From Azolla caroliniana (taxonomy: Eukaryota; Plantae; Polypodiophyta), in NCBI GenBank assembly GCA_043228905.1, contig JBHGNT010000021.1, positions 1,116,001 to 1,180,000 of the forward strand: 64,000 bases of DNA. Direction: 5' to 3'. Both the position numbers and the translations under genes were made by a program. This document shows, piece by piece, positions 13,080 through 26,057 of the stretch. Under the pieces are notes generated by a model. That model made no database searches. It was not told the DNA's origin and was given only the letters and a program-made list of their open reading frames with translations. Positions within the stretch are counted from its first letter, which is position 1; every line of letters starts with the position of its first letter.

Positions 13080-14160
13080 AATTCCATCCATATTTACATT
13101 TCATGAATTTCACAAATCAAAATCTCTTTTGTCTAGACGAACTCTAGATGTATAATGGAAGCTAAGTTGAGAACATGGGCTGATAATAAGGAATTGTAAG
13201 AGGGCTTACAAGAACGTTGGTTTTTGAAAACACCATAACACTATTGATCACATTGTCACTCTCCTAGTGCTAATGGAAGAAAGTCATTTGAAAGGCAAAT
13301 GACTATATTATTGCTTCATGGACTTCAGAAAAGCTTTTGATATGGAGCCTCATGAGCATCTTTGGAGAAGCATTCAAGGTTCCAACTTCCAAGTGAATGT
13401 ATGGTTGTAATTTCTTGAATTTAGTGTGTGTGTGCGTGTGTGGGTAATGGAACTTTAGATTTTTTTACGAACACTATTGGTGTTAACCAAGGATGCCCAC
13501 GCTCACCAACTCTTTTTGGTTTAAGCATGGATGAATAGGAACAAATTGTCGACTAGTTTGTAAAGAAAAAAGTCATTGAAGAAGTTAATATTGGGAATAT
13601 AGTTATTATGCTTTTTTTATAAGCAAATGATGTAGTGCTTTTTGAAAATACTTTAGTAGATGCCCAAATGCTTACAAAGTGTATGGAAAACATTTGTATC
13701 TATAGTAAGGTAAGGTCAATGCCTCTAAAATGAATGTTATACTTGTGAAGATTCAAAAAAAGGACAAACCATGCATTGTATACAATAATAAACCACTTGA
13801 AACAACAAAAATCTGAAAATAACTTAGTCGTGAGGTTCTCTCTAGTCATAGATGGAATGAATGTGCAACTTACTACATTAGAGAACATACACAATGGTGG
13901 AATCAAATGTTGGGTTTGCGGGAAATACGTCTTCAATAAATTGTTAACAATGCTGCTTTTCAATAGTCCAATTGGAAATAGTAAGAAAAATTCCAAAACT
14001 ACTTCCTTATGAAGTTTCTTTAAGACAAGCTACAAATGACATACATGCTCCTCCTTATTGAGGAAGGATCACTTCACATTGAGATTATAGACATGAAAAA
14101 GTTTTCAAGCACATGCTTAAGGCTCAAAAAAGCCCTCACATTTATTTCTTAGGATTGCAC
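13080..14160 (+). mobile_element. Degenerate non-LTR reverse transcriptase remnant (RTE-like motif style)
   Basis: Manual translation gives TIDHIVTL...YCFMDFRKAFD...GVNQGCPRSPTLFG...L*ANDVVL (decayed YADD), with stops and frameshifts. Confidence 0.75.
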
Positions 14161-16934
14161 AAGAAAGGATTCACAAAACACAACAAAATTTGGCTTCTTC
14201 AAAGGCGGTAATATATCTATCTTTCTTTTTGCTACCTAATCTTTTAGTGGTTCAATGTGTCGATAAATGTTTTGAGCCCACCCACATGTGCAAGTCAATT
14301 GTATGATAGTTTGAGTATTTTTTATTATGCCCTTTCTTCTCTCATCCACACGTGACATGTGTCACATACCGATTGCGCTCGGGGTCATTGCTAATTCTAG
14401 TAATGCAAAAGGCTTAACCACATACGATTATTAATGCAACTTTATTGGTTGGTACTTACTAGTATCCAAAACAAATACTTCAAGAATGTGATGAAACCAC
14501 CGTAGCTAACCTAGTGATTGTGTCTCGTGGTGATGAAAACATTGTCCATGATCTCTCTTTTGAGATTTTTTTTCTTGTAGTCCCAATTCACTTCTTTTGT
14601 ACCATAGTGTCATTTTCCATGATTGGTATCTTGATTCAAAGGGCTTGCCCATTTGTCACACATGCTTTAAGGAATTCTTGCCCTCTTCCTTTTCTTAATT
14701 TGCTTTGGAGTTCTCATTCATCCCTACACCTCATCCTTACTAGTATGTGTACCACCTTTAATACACTTCTCACAATGCCGTGCCCTCCTATCCTTCATAT
14801 TTAGTTACCTTTTAGGTACTTGATCTCTTGCCTAAATAAATCCAGCCTAATCATTGGGTCATGTAAATGGTTTATATATTTCTTCCTACACTAAAACTTT
14901 TCTTCATCCAAAAAAAGTTATAGTATGACGTGGACGATCTCAATAACACAAATTTTTTAGCAATCTCCTCGCCATCATTGATGCTGGATTCCTAACAATG
15001 GTATATTTTACACTTTATGTAACTTCTACTCAATCACTAGTGCCACATTTAATTGCTTCGGTAACTCAAATTGTGATATGATATCATTAAAGTAGCTCTT
15101 ATATTAGCTTTTAATCTAGAATAGAACATAATGGAATCAAAATCTAATTTCATTTCAGTATGTACTACCAATTCTTTTTACATGAAATTTGAGAATATTA
15201 ATACTTTGGATCCCTGGAAACTTGAAACATACATTAAGTTCTAGATTTTGTCATATTCATTCAAAAAATCTAAGTATATATGTATGTATGCATTTGAAAT
15301 TGTTAGACAATCAATGGGGATGTGTGAAACATTTTATTTAGCAAATAATCATAATGAGTGATGACGATTTCATTGATTATAGGGTTATGTGCATGTTCAA
15401 GTTTAAGGATGAAGATTTTTCGCTATTTTTTAGTGAGTTGACAAATAACAATGAATTATTAGCTTACCCTTTATCATATAATATATACTCATATTATGCA
15501 ACATTCCCAATGATGAATTGCTAACCAAGACACAATCTTTGAATAAACAGTAACTTAATTTTATCTCTCTCTAGAATCAAAAGTTATCTATTTTACCATG
15601 AGAACCTATAACAACGTCACTTTCATGGGATATCAATGTTCAGAAAAGAATAAAGTTCCAATATTAATATCAACTAGTAAATTCCCCATAGATTCCTTAC
15701 AAAGAGAGGTAGTCTCTTAATATAAAATATACAATCATTCAACGTTTTACATGCCAATTTTTGGTTGTAGTGTTTCAACATATTTTGTTCCTTTGTGGAC
15801 ACAAGTAGGAGATACATAATCACCACATATAGTTAGAATGCAAAATACATTTGCTATGGTTAAATACTTCCCAAATATGATATGTTTATAATAAAGTATA
15901 ATATTAGCTTTGTCGCATGTATGGAATTGTCGTGCCTCATCCAAATATATGCATTGAACGGATTATGGGTGGTTAACAAAATTTCACGAAATTGATCTTA
16001 CATGTATAATTAGGGCATCGTGTTTCCTTGTTGATTGATGAACAACCAAGTGATTTTCTCAAATTTATTATGTCTAGTGGAAAGTTTTAAGACAATCATG
16101 CCATGAATGCAAATTTCTAATCTTATTTTGGATGTACTAGAAACTTGCCCACAAATGATTGTGGATTACATTTAAATCAAAACCAAGTCGGCATACGCAA
16201 AAATTGTAAGTGACAAGGAAAAATGTTCTCTCTTTTTAAATTATAGTATTAACACTTACAAATGGGCTACACAAGTAAGAGAAACAACCAATAGGCCCTT
16301 CCTTATGGTTGGATAACTTAGGATTTGGTAGGAAGTTAGCAATATAAATGCTTGGAAAGAACAATAAAACAAAAGCAAAGGATATTTTAGAGATTGTATA
16401 TAACTTGGATTGCCAATGGAGTGATTGATCGAATGTAGTGAGGGGATTGATAACAAAAACTTGTCAGATAACATCTTGACATTGGCCTTGGTCTTGTAAT
16501 CAGGAGGGAATAATGATCATGAGAGGGTTGGGGGAGTTTCCATTAATATATTAATGACATATCACCTTTCCATATCAATCAATCAATTCCAAAGGAAGCC
16601 CACACAAAGCCCACAAAGAGAGAGAGAGAGAGATAGAGAGGGAGGATGTTTTCTCGATATGGGGTCTTTGCAATCCAAACTTCTATGCATCATATATGTT
16701 TTGAGACAAAATATTATAACGTGGGGCGATGTCTTTATCAACTTGTCCCTCACTCTCTCACACACAAAATTAGATTTTCCATGGTACACACATTCACACA
16801 CATGATATTAATAACTAGTAGTTATATATGTACATATGTGTAATGTACCTAGGTTCTACACACACACACACACACAAACACACACATATATATGTGTGAC
16901 AAATTCACAAAAGATCATAGAAGGCCTCTACTAC

Positions 16935-18140
16935 ATGAATGAGATAGAGGATAGGAGTGCCTTATACAAATTCATTGCCATGAGGAGATCATCCATGAAG
17001 GAACAATGTGGTAGTAGGAGTCCTAATAGTAGTTACAAGGGCCTCTTGTTGTATGACCAAGTGCAAGAGAGGCTCGACAAGCTTCTCCACCAAGACCCTC
17101 TAAGCTACAATTGTATCCACATGCAAGAAGGCCTCCATTACCCCGAAATCGAAATCGACAATCTTCACAACAACAATAAGAATAGTAATACCAACATTGG
17201 TTCGATCGGAGATGTGAGCCCGTCGGGACGACAAACTCAGTTCGTTCGCGACCCTAGCTCTTATAGTGGGGCGCCGGCCCCGTGGGGCAGTAGCGATGAC
17301 ATGGTGCTAGGAGGTCCCGATCCCTGCCTTGGCCCTAGCATGGGTACAAGCACTCGCTGGACCCCAACGCAAGCACAGCTAGAGGAGTTGCACGCGTGGT
17401 TCTACGTGGGCGGCGTTAGGACTCCGTCGGCGTCCCAAATAAGCCGCATTACCGCCCAGCTCCGTGCGTACGGACGCATCGAAGGCCGCAATGTCTTCTA
17501 CTGGTTCCAGAACCAGAAGGCCCGTGAACGTAAGCGTGCCATCGCCCAGCAGAAACTAGAGCAAGAACAAAGACAAGGAGTCCAAGAAGGTCAAGGTCAA
17601 GGCCAAGGTCAATGCAGAAGTCAAGGTCAATATAGAAGTCAAGGTCACACAATGCAGCTTGGTCAAAGTGATCATAATTATGTGGGTGCCCAAATTAGCT
17701 GCACTACCGCCACTACAGCTTTCTCATCATCCCCTGACTCCATTCATGATACTGAGAGAGCATTCTATACTAATAACTGTGGTAATCCTCCAAATCTGGC
17801 TGCTTCACCGTCAACGGGAGGTGCAATAGACGATGAAGATGGCGATGGTGGGAAGGAGTTAGGGCTATTAATGGAACTCTTTCCTCTCTCTTCTGATCAT
17901 CCTCTGCACCATCAAGCTCATCACCATGAGTACAGATTCATACCAAGTCCCACCTCTACGTACAGTAGTAATAGTACATTAATTTCATCATCCTTTTCTT
18001 CTTCTTCTTCTTCTTCTTCTTCTTCATGTACTCATCATCAGCCTGCACCTTATAATCATCACCTTATAAGCATTAATTCCACAGTTACACCTCATCATGA
18101 CCTGCAGCTTGACCTTAATCTTGCCCTTAATCACTCATAA
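16935..18140 (+). CDS. WOX: WUSCHEL-related homeobox protein, WUS/T3 clade-like (fern WUL-like), apparently intronless; start may be 16836, 16935 or 16980
   Basis: WOX homeodomain at 17349-17537 (RWTPTQAQL...[40 protein letters not shown]), WUS-box-like LMELFPL at 17868-17888, and C-terminal EAR-like LQLDLNL at 18102-18122. Confidence 0.93.
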   Translation: MNEIEDRSALYKFIAMRRSSMKEQCGSRSPNSSYKGLLLYDQVQERLDKLLHQDPLSYNCIHMQEGLHYPEIEIDNLHNNNKNSNTNIGSIGDVSPSGRQTQFVRDPSSYSGAPAPWGSSDDMVLGGPDPCLGPSMGTSTRWTPTQAQLEELHAWFYVGGVRTPSASQISRITAQLRAYGRIEGRNVFYWFQNQKARERKRAIAQQKLEQEQRQGVQEGQGQGQGQCRSQGQYRSQGHTMQLGQSDHNYVGAQISCTTATTAFSSSPDSIHDTERAFYTNNCGNPPNLAASPSTGGAIDDEDGDGGKELGLLMELFPLSSDHPLHHQAHHHEYRFIPSPTSTYSSNSTLISSSFSSSSSSSSSSCTHHQPAPYNHHLISINSTVTPHHDLQLDLNLALNHS

Positions 18141-18676
18141 CTAAATAGATCAATCAATAAATGCACTTTATATGTATTTATAAGTGATTAATGGCTTGCT
18201 GTTGCTTAATTACTTGTTAATCTTCTTTTGGGTTTGGGCATTTAAAATAAAACTTGCTAGATAATTGTATGACATCATGAGAAGCAAAGAAGAATGGTAA
18301 TTTGATTTTAAATTTCATATCCACATTAACTTGGTACCAATGACCATGACCTAATTATAAGTTTTCCAAATGTATACTTCAATATAATTAGTCACCATAA
18401 CTTATAATAAGATGTACGTATGTGTCATTGCGACGAAAACTCCGACCCGTCGAACGCACAATGTGTCCTAACATTAGTGCATCGTTGGGTTCGTTAATGT
18501 GTCCACACTTCACAAGTTATGCGAGTTCCTTTGGGTGGTCAATATATCATCACATTAATGGTCCCCCCCAACACGCAACTAACATTTATAACATGCCAAT
18601 TTATGTACAAAAAAATATGGTCAAGTCAACACTTTATGTCAAAATGTTATGGTTCCTCAAGGAAGACAACACATCA

Positions 18677-19250
18677 TTTTTTTTTTCCAAAAAAAATAAA
18701 ATTCTTCATTAGTAAAACTTATGCATACATGTCGAAATGTTTAGGTGGAAAACATCACAATGGCTCAGTAGCCATGATGACCTATAACAAACCACAAAGA
18801 AGTAGAGTGAAAGACTAAAAAGAATGACATTGGCCATCCTACACTCTGGAAGGAATGGATTATCCTCAGAATTTTCCCTAATTTTACTTTCAGGCGGATA
18901 AGCTTGACTTGAATTCTCCACACAATAATCCCTTCAACACACTTGGCAAATTTCTGTACTTCAACACCTACTTTAGTTGTTGCATTTGTAGACACCAAAC
19001 TTTCCATGATGCACATGCAACTGTTTTCTTCAACATGTGTGTACCTGAATGTCCACATGAGGTTCCCCCAATTCTTTTTTGTTTTCTTCAGTTTTTGCCT
19101 CATTTAACATCTTTGATTGAACATCGTTTCCACAGTCTGTGGCTTATACTTTACTTGCATTGTGTTGAAGTTTTGAATTGCAAAATTCAAAATATATTGG
19201 AGAAAAGGACTTTGGAAGTGTTAATTCAATACCATTCTCCACAGTACCAT
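18677..19250 (-). mobile_element. Probable decayed LINE 3' remnant
   Basis: Minus-strand end ctaatgaag...T8-GG-A10 resembles the other LINE tails here; the body has only weak Trp-rich similarity. Confidence 0.35.
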
Positions 19251-19269
19251 GATACCTCTCGCTGAATAC

Positions 19270-20180
19270 AACAATCACCTGAAAAAGAAAATGATTCTAT
19301 TGTCCTCGTCCCCTCATGAAAGGATGCTTCACCACCCAACAACGTCATCGCTCATCCTTATCAAACAAAGAGAATATGCTTCCTTTCCCCCAACCAACAT
19401 GTCACCGATTACCACCAACATCCACATCAACCATCTTGCCGTAGACTAGCAAAGTCCTGCACATACCAAAAAACATAATGACACTACTCTCTTTATCCCC
19501 TCATGAAATTCCGCTTCTTCCCCCGACACCATCAACACTCATCCTTTACCAAAATAGACAATGTTCTTTGGTTTCCACATCAACCATCTATTCGTTTACC
19601 ACCAAAGTCCTGTACAAACAAAAATAGAGTGAATGTGCTGTCCTCATCCCCTCTTAAAAAATTGCTTCAGCCCCCAACACCACCATGATTCATTCATCCT
19701 TAGAAAATTGAAAATTTGCTTCAATGACCACATCAACCATCTCATTGTATACCACCAAGGACCTGTACCTACAAAAATAGAATGAGACTACTCTCCTAAT
19801 CCCCTCATGAAATTATGTTTCATCGCCCTACACCATCTTCACTCATCCTTTATAGAAATAAAAAATGTGCTTTGTTTTCCACATCAATTGTCTGTTCGTT
19901 GACCACAAAAGTCATGTACAAACAAAATTAGAGTGAATGTGTTGTCCTCATCCCCTCATAAAAATCTGCTTCAACCCCTGACAACACCAACACTCATCCT
20001 TACAAAATAGAAATGCTTCAGTGACCACATCAACCATCTCGTTGTATACGACCAAAGTTTTGTACCTACAAAAAATAGAAGGAGACTACTCTCCTAATCC
20101 CCTGATGAAATTATGCTTCATCCCCCTTGTACAATTGAAAATTGCTTGGTTTCCACATCAATTGTCGTCTCGATGTTTAT
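19270..20180. repeat. Degenerate ~150 bp tandem array, ~6 units in alternating A/B variants
   Basis: Recurrent tcctcatcccctc / ccacatcaaccatc / ctcatcctt blocks at ~19285, 19470, 19621, 19773, 19925 and 20070. Confidence 0.8.
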
Positions 20181-20399
20181 CAACGAAATCCATCGGAATC
20201 CTCGACCATCTCGCCAAATCCACCAATATTGAATATTAATTAATGTGGACCTCCTATTAAGTCATGTTGTATGCAATATAAGTATAGGTAAACTATCTTC
20301 ACGTGTGGTACAATCTTTTGGGGAACGTTGGCTCAACAAACAGTTTTTTATCATCATCATAATTTATCGTTGACTTTACATGTGAAAAGTTTTCAGGTG

Positions 20400-20760
20400 T
20401 ACGCTACTTCAAGCTCCTTGGAGGGAGTCAAGTTCTTCTCCCGGTGTTATGTTTGGAAGATTATCTCCTCTTTGGCCTTATAGGTTATCTGGAAAGCAAG
20501 GTGTTCCAAAATATATAATGCCGAACAAACTAATGTTGAGGATCAGGTTAAGTCTTTCTGAGAATTATTGGTAAATACGGTTAAAGGTGAATATGATAGT
20601 TACAAGGGTTATGGAAATGTAGCTAACCGGAAAAGAAGGAGAATTCGAAGAGTTTGGTCATCTATTCTATTATGTTGGATGCAGGTGATGATGTTAAGTG
20701 GAACTATGTTCCACCTCATTAGTTGTTTCCGCCAAGACAACACATCATATTAGTTCCGAC
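20400..20760 (+). mobile_element. LINE ORF2 C-terminal remnant
   Basis: Translates to IWKARC...LVNTVKGEYDSYKG...WNYVPPH*LFPP, as in the other LINE copies. Confidence 0.75.
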
Positions 20761-21727
20761 ACGTTACAAATATTCATGTGATGATACTAATTATGATTTG
20801 TTGTCTCAACTTTTTTGAGGGTTTATCTGATTGATTAACGATAAACTAAATATTATAATTATGGTTGAGCCAATAACATGCTATAAATGTTGATGCCATG
20901 GCATCCATGGTTAAAAGCAATTAGTATAAGTGTTTTCGTTGTTCCAGGCGGCCAATATGTCATAATAACTTCTTTTGCTGAAAGTAATATGTTAGTATTG
21001 TTACCAACATGGAGATAAAATGATTGGGTGTTAGGTGTTTGACACTTTATGTAGGCATACTGTTGCTTAGGATGGACAATATATTGCAAATGATTGACAT
21101 GAACAAAACCTCATAACAATTGTGCCGAACACATGGTAACATTATTGCCTAGCAACCCTTGGTGAAAAATAGTTGATCTTGTCAACACTACGTGGTTATG
21201 TTGACAATTGTTGAAACTGGACAATATATCATACGATATATTAAGTGAAAAACAATCCTATGCTTGTAGAGTCTCATCTGCTTATGTGTGATGCATACAT
21301 GATGCTAACGATGACATTTAAGCTATGATTGGGGTGATGTTTAAGCTACCCCCTGTGTAATATTCGTTAAATAGTAAACTTCAAACATCAAGAGACATAA
21401 TGATTTATTTGAGTTAATTATGGATAATTGGTCAATGCAACACCTTAACAACATGAATTTGGGAATCAAGGAGAGCAAAGTTGCATAACTCATGATAAAT
21501 TGTAAAACGTGACGAAACATCCAACTACTTAACTTGGAAGTCAATGAAGTATTATTTACATTGCAAACACAAATGATGAAATCTAACGAATAAATAGGTA
21601 CATTTGTTACAACCTATAGGATATAAACAACTCTCAACATTGTAATTATATTGTTCCTTAAATATAAGATTTTGACATTCAAATGATCAAAATGCCACTC
21701 AAGTTCATCAAATTGCTTGTTCCTTAA

Positions 21728-21970
21728 AACTATTCATCTTCGTTTCACAAGACTAAGGTTCAAATTTTGGACATTGACTAATAGTATTGACTTAATGTTC
21801 AAAATTGCCGAAGGACATAGGAGTTAACTGGTGAGCTTTGTCAATTAGGAAACTATTCATCTTCATTTACAAGGCTAAGATTCAAAATATTGAAATTGGC
21901 CAATCAACATCGCCTAATTATGTTGACCTAATGTTCAAAATTGCCGAACAATAGAGGAGTTAATTGGCGA
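21728..21970. repeat. Diverged ~120 bp tandem duplication
   Basis: aaactattcatcttc...taatgttcaaaattgccgaa...ggagttaa occurs twice. Confidence 0.7.
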
Positions 21971-22897
21971 TTTTTTTCTTCCCAACAATTTCGTTGACCT
22001 TTGTGATCATATTGGGGAAAAACCCCAAAACTTGTGAAAAGGTCATAGTTCTCATAAGTTTCCCTTAAGAATGCTCTCTACTTGACAATAAGCTTTTCAC
22101 TACTCCTAGACCTAGTTTAGATACTGATTGCCAAGCAGTACTACTTTTGCATTGTTATCACCCCCCAAAGAGAATTTATTTTGTGAACTTTCTTAGGGAA
22201 ACTCATTTGTTTTTCCATATTGATTGTCGAGGCTTTTTTACTAGTTTGGGGGAAACAAGAAACTGTCGACTTTTTCCAATGGAAAATAAAAAAATACATA
22301 TTGTTAATTGTTTTGATGAGCTCTACTAAACCAAGTGAAAGAGAGGGCAAACTACATTGTTGAAAAATCAATATGCATTTAGTTATTATCCCTACAACAA
22401 TCGGTTAATTCTCGGAATTCATTGCCAATAGGAGACAATGAGCCGAATCATATAAAAGCGAAGTTTGTAGCAAAGTTGGAGCTGGAATCGGAAACATAAA
22501 TAAACAATACATGTTTGTTTCCGACATTTCGGCCAAATTCTCACCAGAAGATAAGTAATATAAATGTATGTATAGGAATGCACAAGAAATGCTCATCCAC
22601 CCTTACGACCGGGTTTTTTCTCTTCTATTCGAATAGATGCTCACTTGAAAAGCAAACAAAGACGAGAAGAATTTTCTTCTTGGCATGGAGATTAGATGAA
22701 GCTCACATCAAAGGGAGAATTGTCCGCCCGGACAATGGCCGGACCGACAAGGCCGATGCGGTTGGACAGTCACACTTTCCACGTGTCAATTAGTGTGTGG
22801 TCGATCGGGCTTTCCAAGTGTCAATTGGTTACTGGCTGATGGTCCGGACAAAGATATGTACATATGGGCAGACAGACAGACAGGTTCAGAGAGGCAC

Positions 22898-25474
22898 ATG
22901 TTTTCCTTGCCCCTAAATCCCACGGAGATGAATAACAAGATGAACAGAACAGAGGTATGTCATTATCCTAACTCATTCTCAGGAATTAATTAGTTCATGC
23001 CCACATGAATGATATATTATTCATAGATGAACTGTGGTCAAAATCCATCCAACCCTACTCGCATACACCATCATGATCTACCCACTCAAGATAAGCAAAC
23101 TCTTCTTGGATTGATCAAATCATGTCGAACACATCAAGATCTCCCCAAAGCTAGAAGAATCCATTCACAAATGATGCAGATATGTTCGTTTCTGGATGAT
23201 TTTCACATAAACAATGCGCTTCTTGGCATGTATGCTAGGTGTGGTGCCTTTGAAGAAGCAAAAAAAGTGTTTGATGAGCTTCCTAGAAGAGACATTTTGG
23301 CTTGGAATGTATTAATCTCTTGCTATGCCAAGCTGAAGCGTTATAATGAAGCTTTAATCTTTTTTCAACTTATGAAAGATGAGGGTATATCTCCAGATTC
23401 CTTCACTTTTGTTTGCATTCTAAAGGTTTGTAGCAACATGGGTCTTATAAAGATGGGTGAAGAAATACATGCTGAGGTGAAAAAGATTAACTGCTATTTG
23501 GTGAAAAAAAATATTGTTCTTGCCACTGCATTGGTGAACATGTATGCGAAATGTGGTGAGGTTGAGAAAGCTAGAGATGTATTTGATGAGATTTTGTGCC
23601 GAGATGTGGTATCTTGGAGTGCAATGATTGGTGGATACGCTCGGAATGGGCTTGGAATTGAAGCTTTGAAATGCTTTAGAAGAATGCAAAATGAGGGCCT
23701 TGTTCCGGATGTAATAACTTTTGTTTGTCTGCTAAAAGCTTGTGGAAACATAGGGTGTCTTAACAATATGGAAGCTTGTGGAAGAAATATATGGCCCCTT
23801 GAGACAGAAGTTTTTGGAAGCACAAGCTCTCTGGATATGGAAGCTCGTGGAAGAAGAGCATGGGCTCCTGAGCTGAAAGCTTCTAGAATCATAGGGTCTC
23901 TTGAGATGGGAGAAGAGATACATGCTGAGGTTTGTCGGCAAGGTATTTTGGACAAAAATATTGTGCTTGGAACTGCTATAGTGGCGATGTATGCAAAACA
24001 TGGTGCCATGATAAAGGCACAGAATGTATTCGATAAGCTTCTAGTCCGGAATGTTATTTCATGGAACTCATTAATCACAGGGTATGTCCAATGTGGTTCT
24101 GCCGATGAAGCTTTGAAATGCTTCGGGCAGATGCAAGATGAGGGCATTCGTCCCAACTCTATCACTTTCATCTGTGTTGTCAAAGCTTGTGCGAGCATAC
24201 AATCTCTTGAAAAAGGTGAAATGATTTATGACGAGATAGGCAAATGGGGATTACTGGCAAAACTTGATGTTGTGCTTGGCACTGCATTAGTGGACATGTA
24301 TGCCAAATGTGGGGCTCTTGTAAAAGCACAAGAAGTGTTTGACAAACTTTTGGAAAGGAATGTTATCACTTGGAATGCCCTTGTGGCTGGATATGCACAA
24401 CATGATCTCGGTCATGAAGTCTTGAAACATTTTGAGAAGATGCAAAGTGAGGGCATTTCTCCGAATGCAGTCACAGTAGTTTGTATATTGAAAGCTTGTG
24501 GAAGCATAGGGTTTGTTGAAATGGGAGAAGAGATACATGCCAAGCTGAAAAACTCGGAATTCTATTTAGAGGAGAACATTGTGCTTGAAACAGCTTTGTT
24601 GGACATGTATGCCAAGTGTGGCAATATGGGAAAAGCACGAGAAGTTTTTGATGGGATTCAAACACGAAATGTTGTATCATGGAATGCTTTGATTGCTGGT
24701 TATGTTCAAAACAAGCTTGATGATGAAGCTTTACTCTGCTTCCAACAAATGTATGTAGAGGGATTTGTTCCAGAAGTGATAACTTTCATTTCTACTTTAA
24801 AGGCTTGTGGCAATAGAGGGTCTCTTGAAATCGGCAAAAAGATCCATGATGAGGTTAATAAGCTAGAATTACTAGGAAAAGATATTGTCCTTGGGACAGC
24901 CATGATGGACATGTATGTGAAATGCGGTCTATTGGTAAAATCACGAGAGGTGTTCTGTGAGCTTCCAGTTAAGAATATTGAAGCTTGGAATTCACTAATT
25001 ATGGGGTATGCCCAGCTAGGTCAAGCTAAGAAGGTTTTGCACATATTCCAAAAGAATATAGTAGACAAAGGTATTATGCCAAATCTAGTGACATTCATTC
25101 TTGCAATAACCGCATGTAGCCATGCTGGCTTAGTAGAAGAGGGTCAAATTGTTTTTGATGATATGGAAAATGTCTTTTGTCTCACACCGACTTTAGAACA
25201 CTATGGTTGTATGCTCGATCTTTTCGGGCGAGCCGGACACTTCGACAAAGCTGTGATTGTGATAGAGAAGGTGTCTTGTTTTGAGCGTCTTCCATTGTGG
25301 CTAGGTTTGTTAGGTGCCTGTGGAAAATGGTCAAATCTTGACCTTGGGAAATGGGCATACGATCGATCAATGGAGGTGGATGACAAGTGTAGTGCTGCAC
25401 ATGTGTGTATGGGGAATGCATATGCGTCTGCTGGCATGTATGGAGAAGCTGAAATTATGAATGGTGGAGACTGA
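22898..25474 (+). CDS. PLS-class PPR protein (PPR2), E-type without DYW; main exon 23027-25474, with a possible short upstream exon ending at 22954
   Basis: 815 aa ORF of P-L-S triplets, then ITACSHAGLVEEG, HYGCMLDLFGRAG, WLGLLGAC and HVCMGNAYA. GAG|gtatgt (22955) and tcatag|ATG (23026) define a candidate phase-0 72 nt intron. Confidence 0.92.
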
Positions 25475-25752
25475 AAATGAAGTACAATACGGAAAATAGC
25501 ATGAATGTTTATCACACCAATTATCCTGAAGAGAAACAAAATGACCTCTGCTTGAGCCAAAAAGCTCAACTCCTGGACAAATCGCTAATCATTGAGTAAA
25601 TGTCCTTTTGGTATGCTATGCATAACAAAAGAAAATGACAAGACACAAAATGTAGAGGTAAATAGTAGATATTGTACAGTTGTAATGAGCTAGTGATGGA
25701 TCATGGGAGCTCTACATCTAGAAAAATCAAATGCAACTATACAATGCGTGAG

Positions 25753-26057
25753 TTATTTACAAACATGAGATTTTAATTAGTTTTCATATCATGGCACAAA
25801 ATCATAATGATAGTTTCTTGTATTCCTTTGCAGCTGATAAATGGCATATGCCAAAGACAGCATAACATCAGTTAGTCATCAAAAGGAAGCTAGTGGGCAT
25901 GTGTGAGCATGCAAGACATACCTTCCTTTTGATGACTAACTGATGTATGCTGTCTTTGGCATATGCCATTTATCAGCTGCAAAGGAATACAAGAAACTAT
26001 CATTATGATTTTGTGCCATGATATGAAAACTAATTAAAATCTCATGTTTGTAAATAA
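25753..26057. repeat. Near-perfect inverted repeat: arms 25753-25889 and 25922-26057, 32 nt loop
   Basis: The arms are reverse complements apart from a single-base indel (cataacatc vs gatgtatg) by manual comparison. Confidence 0.95.

Noticed and set aside
16836-16934. WOX N-terminal extension with THTHT
   Set aside because: It translates a (CA)n microsatellite; the downstream ATGs are more plausible, though this is not excluded.
19270-20180. CRISPR-like array
   Set aside because: Eukaryotic context, whole units are homologous with no unique spacers, and there are no cas genes.
23420-25569. Antisense ORFs over the PPR genes (also over the LINE, extensin and copia)
   Set aside because: Shadow frames of real coding sequence with no independent motifs.
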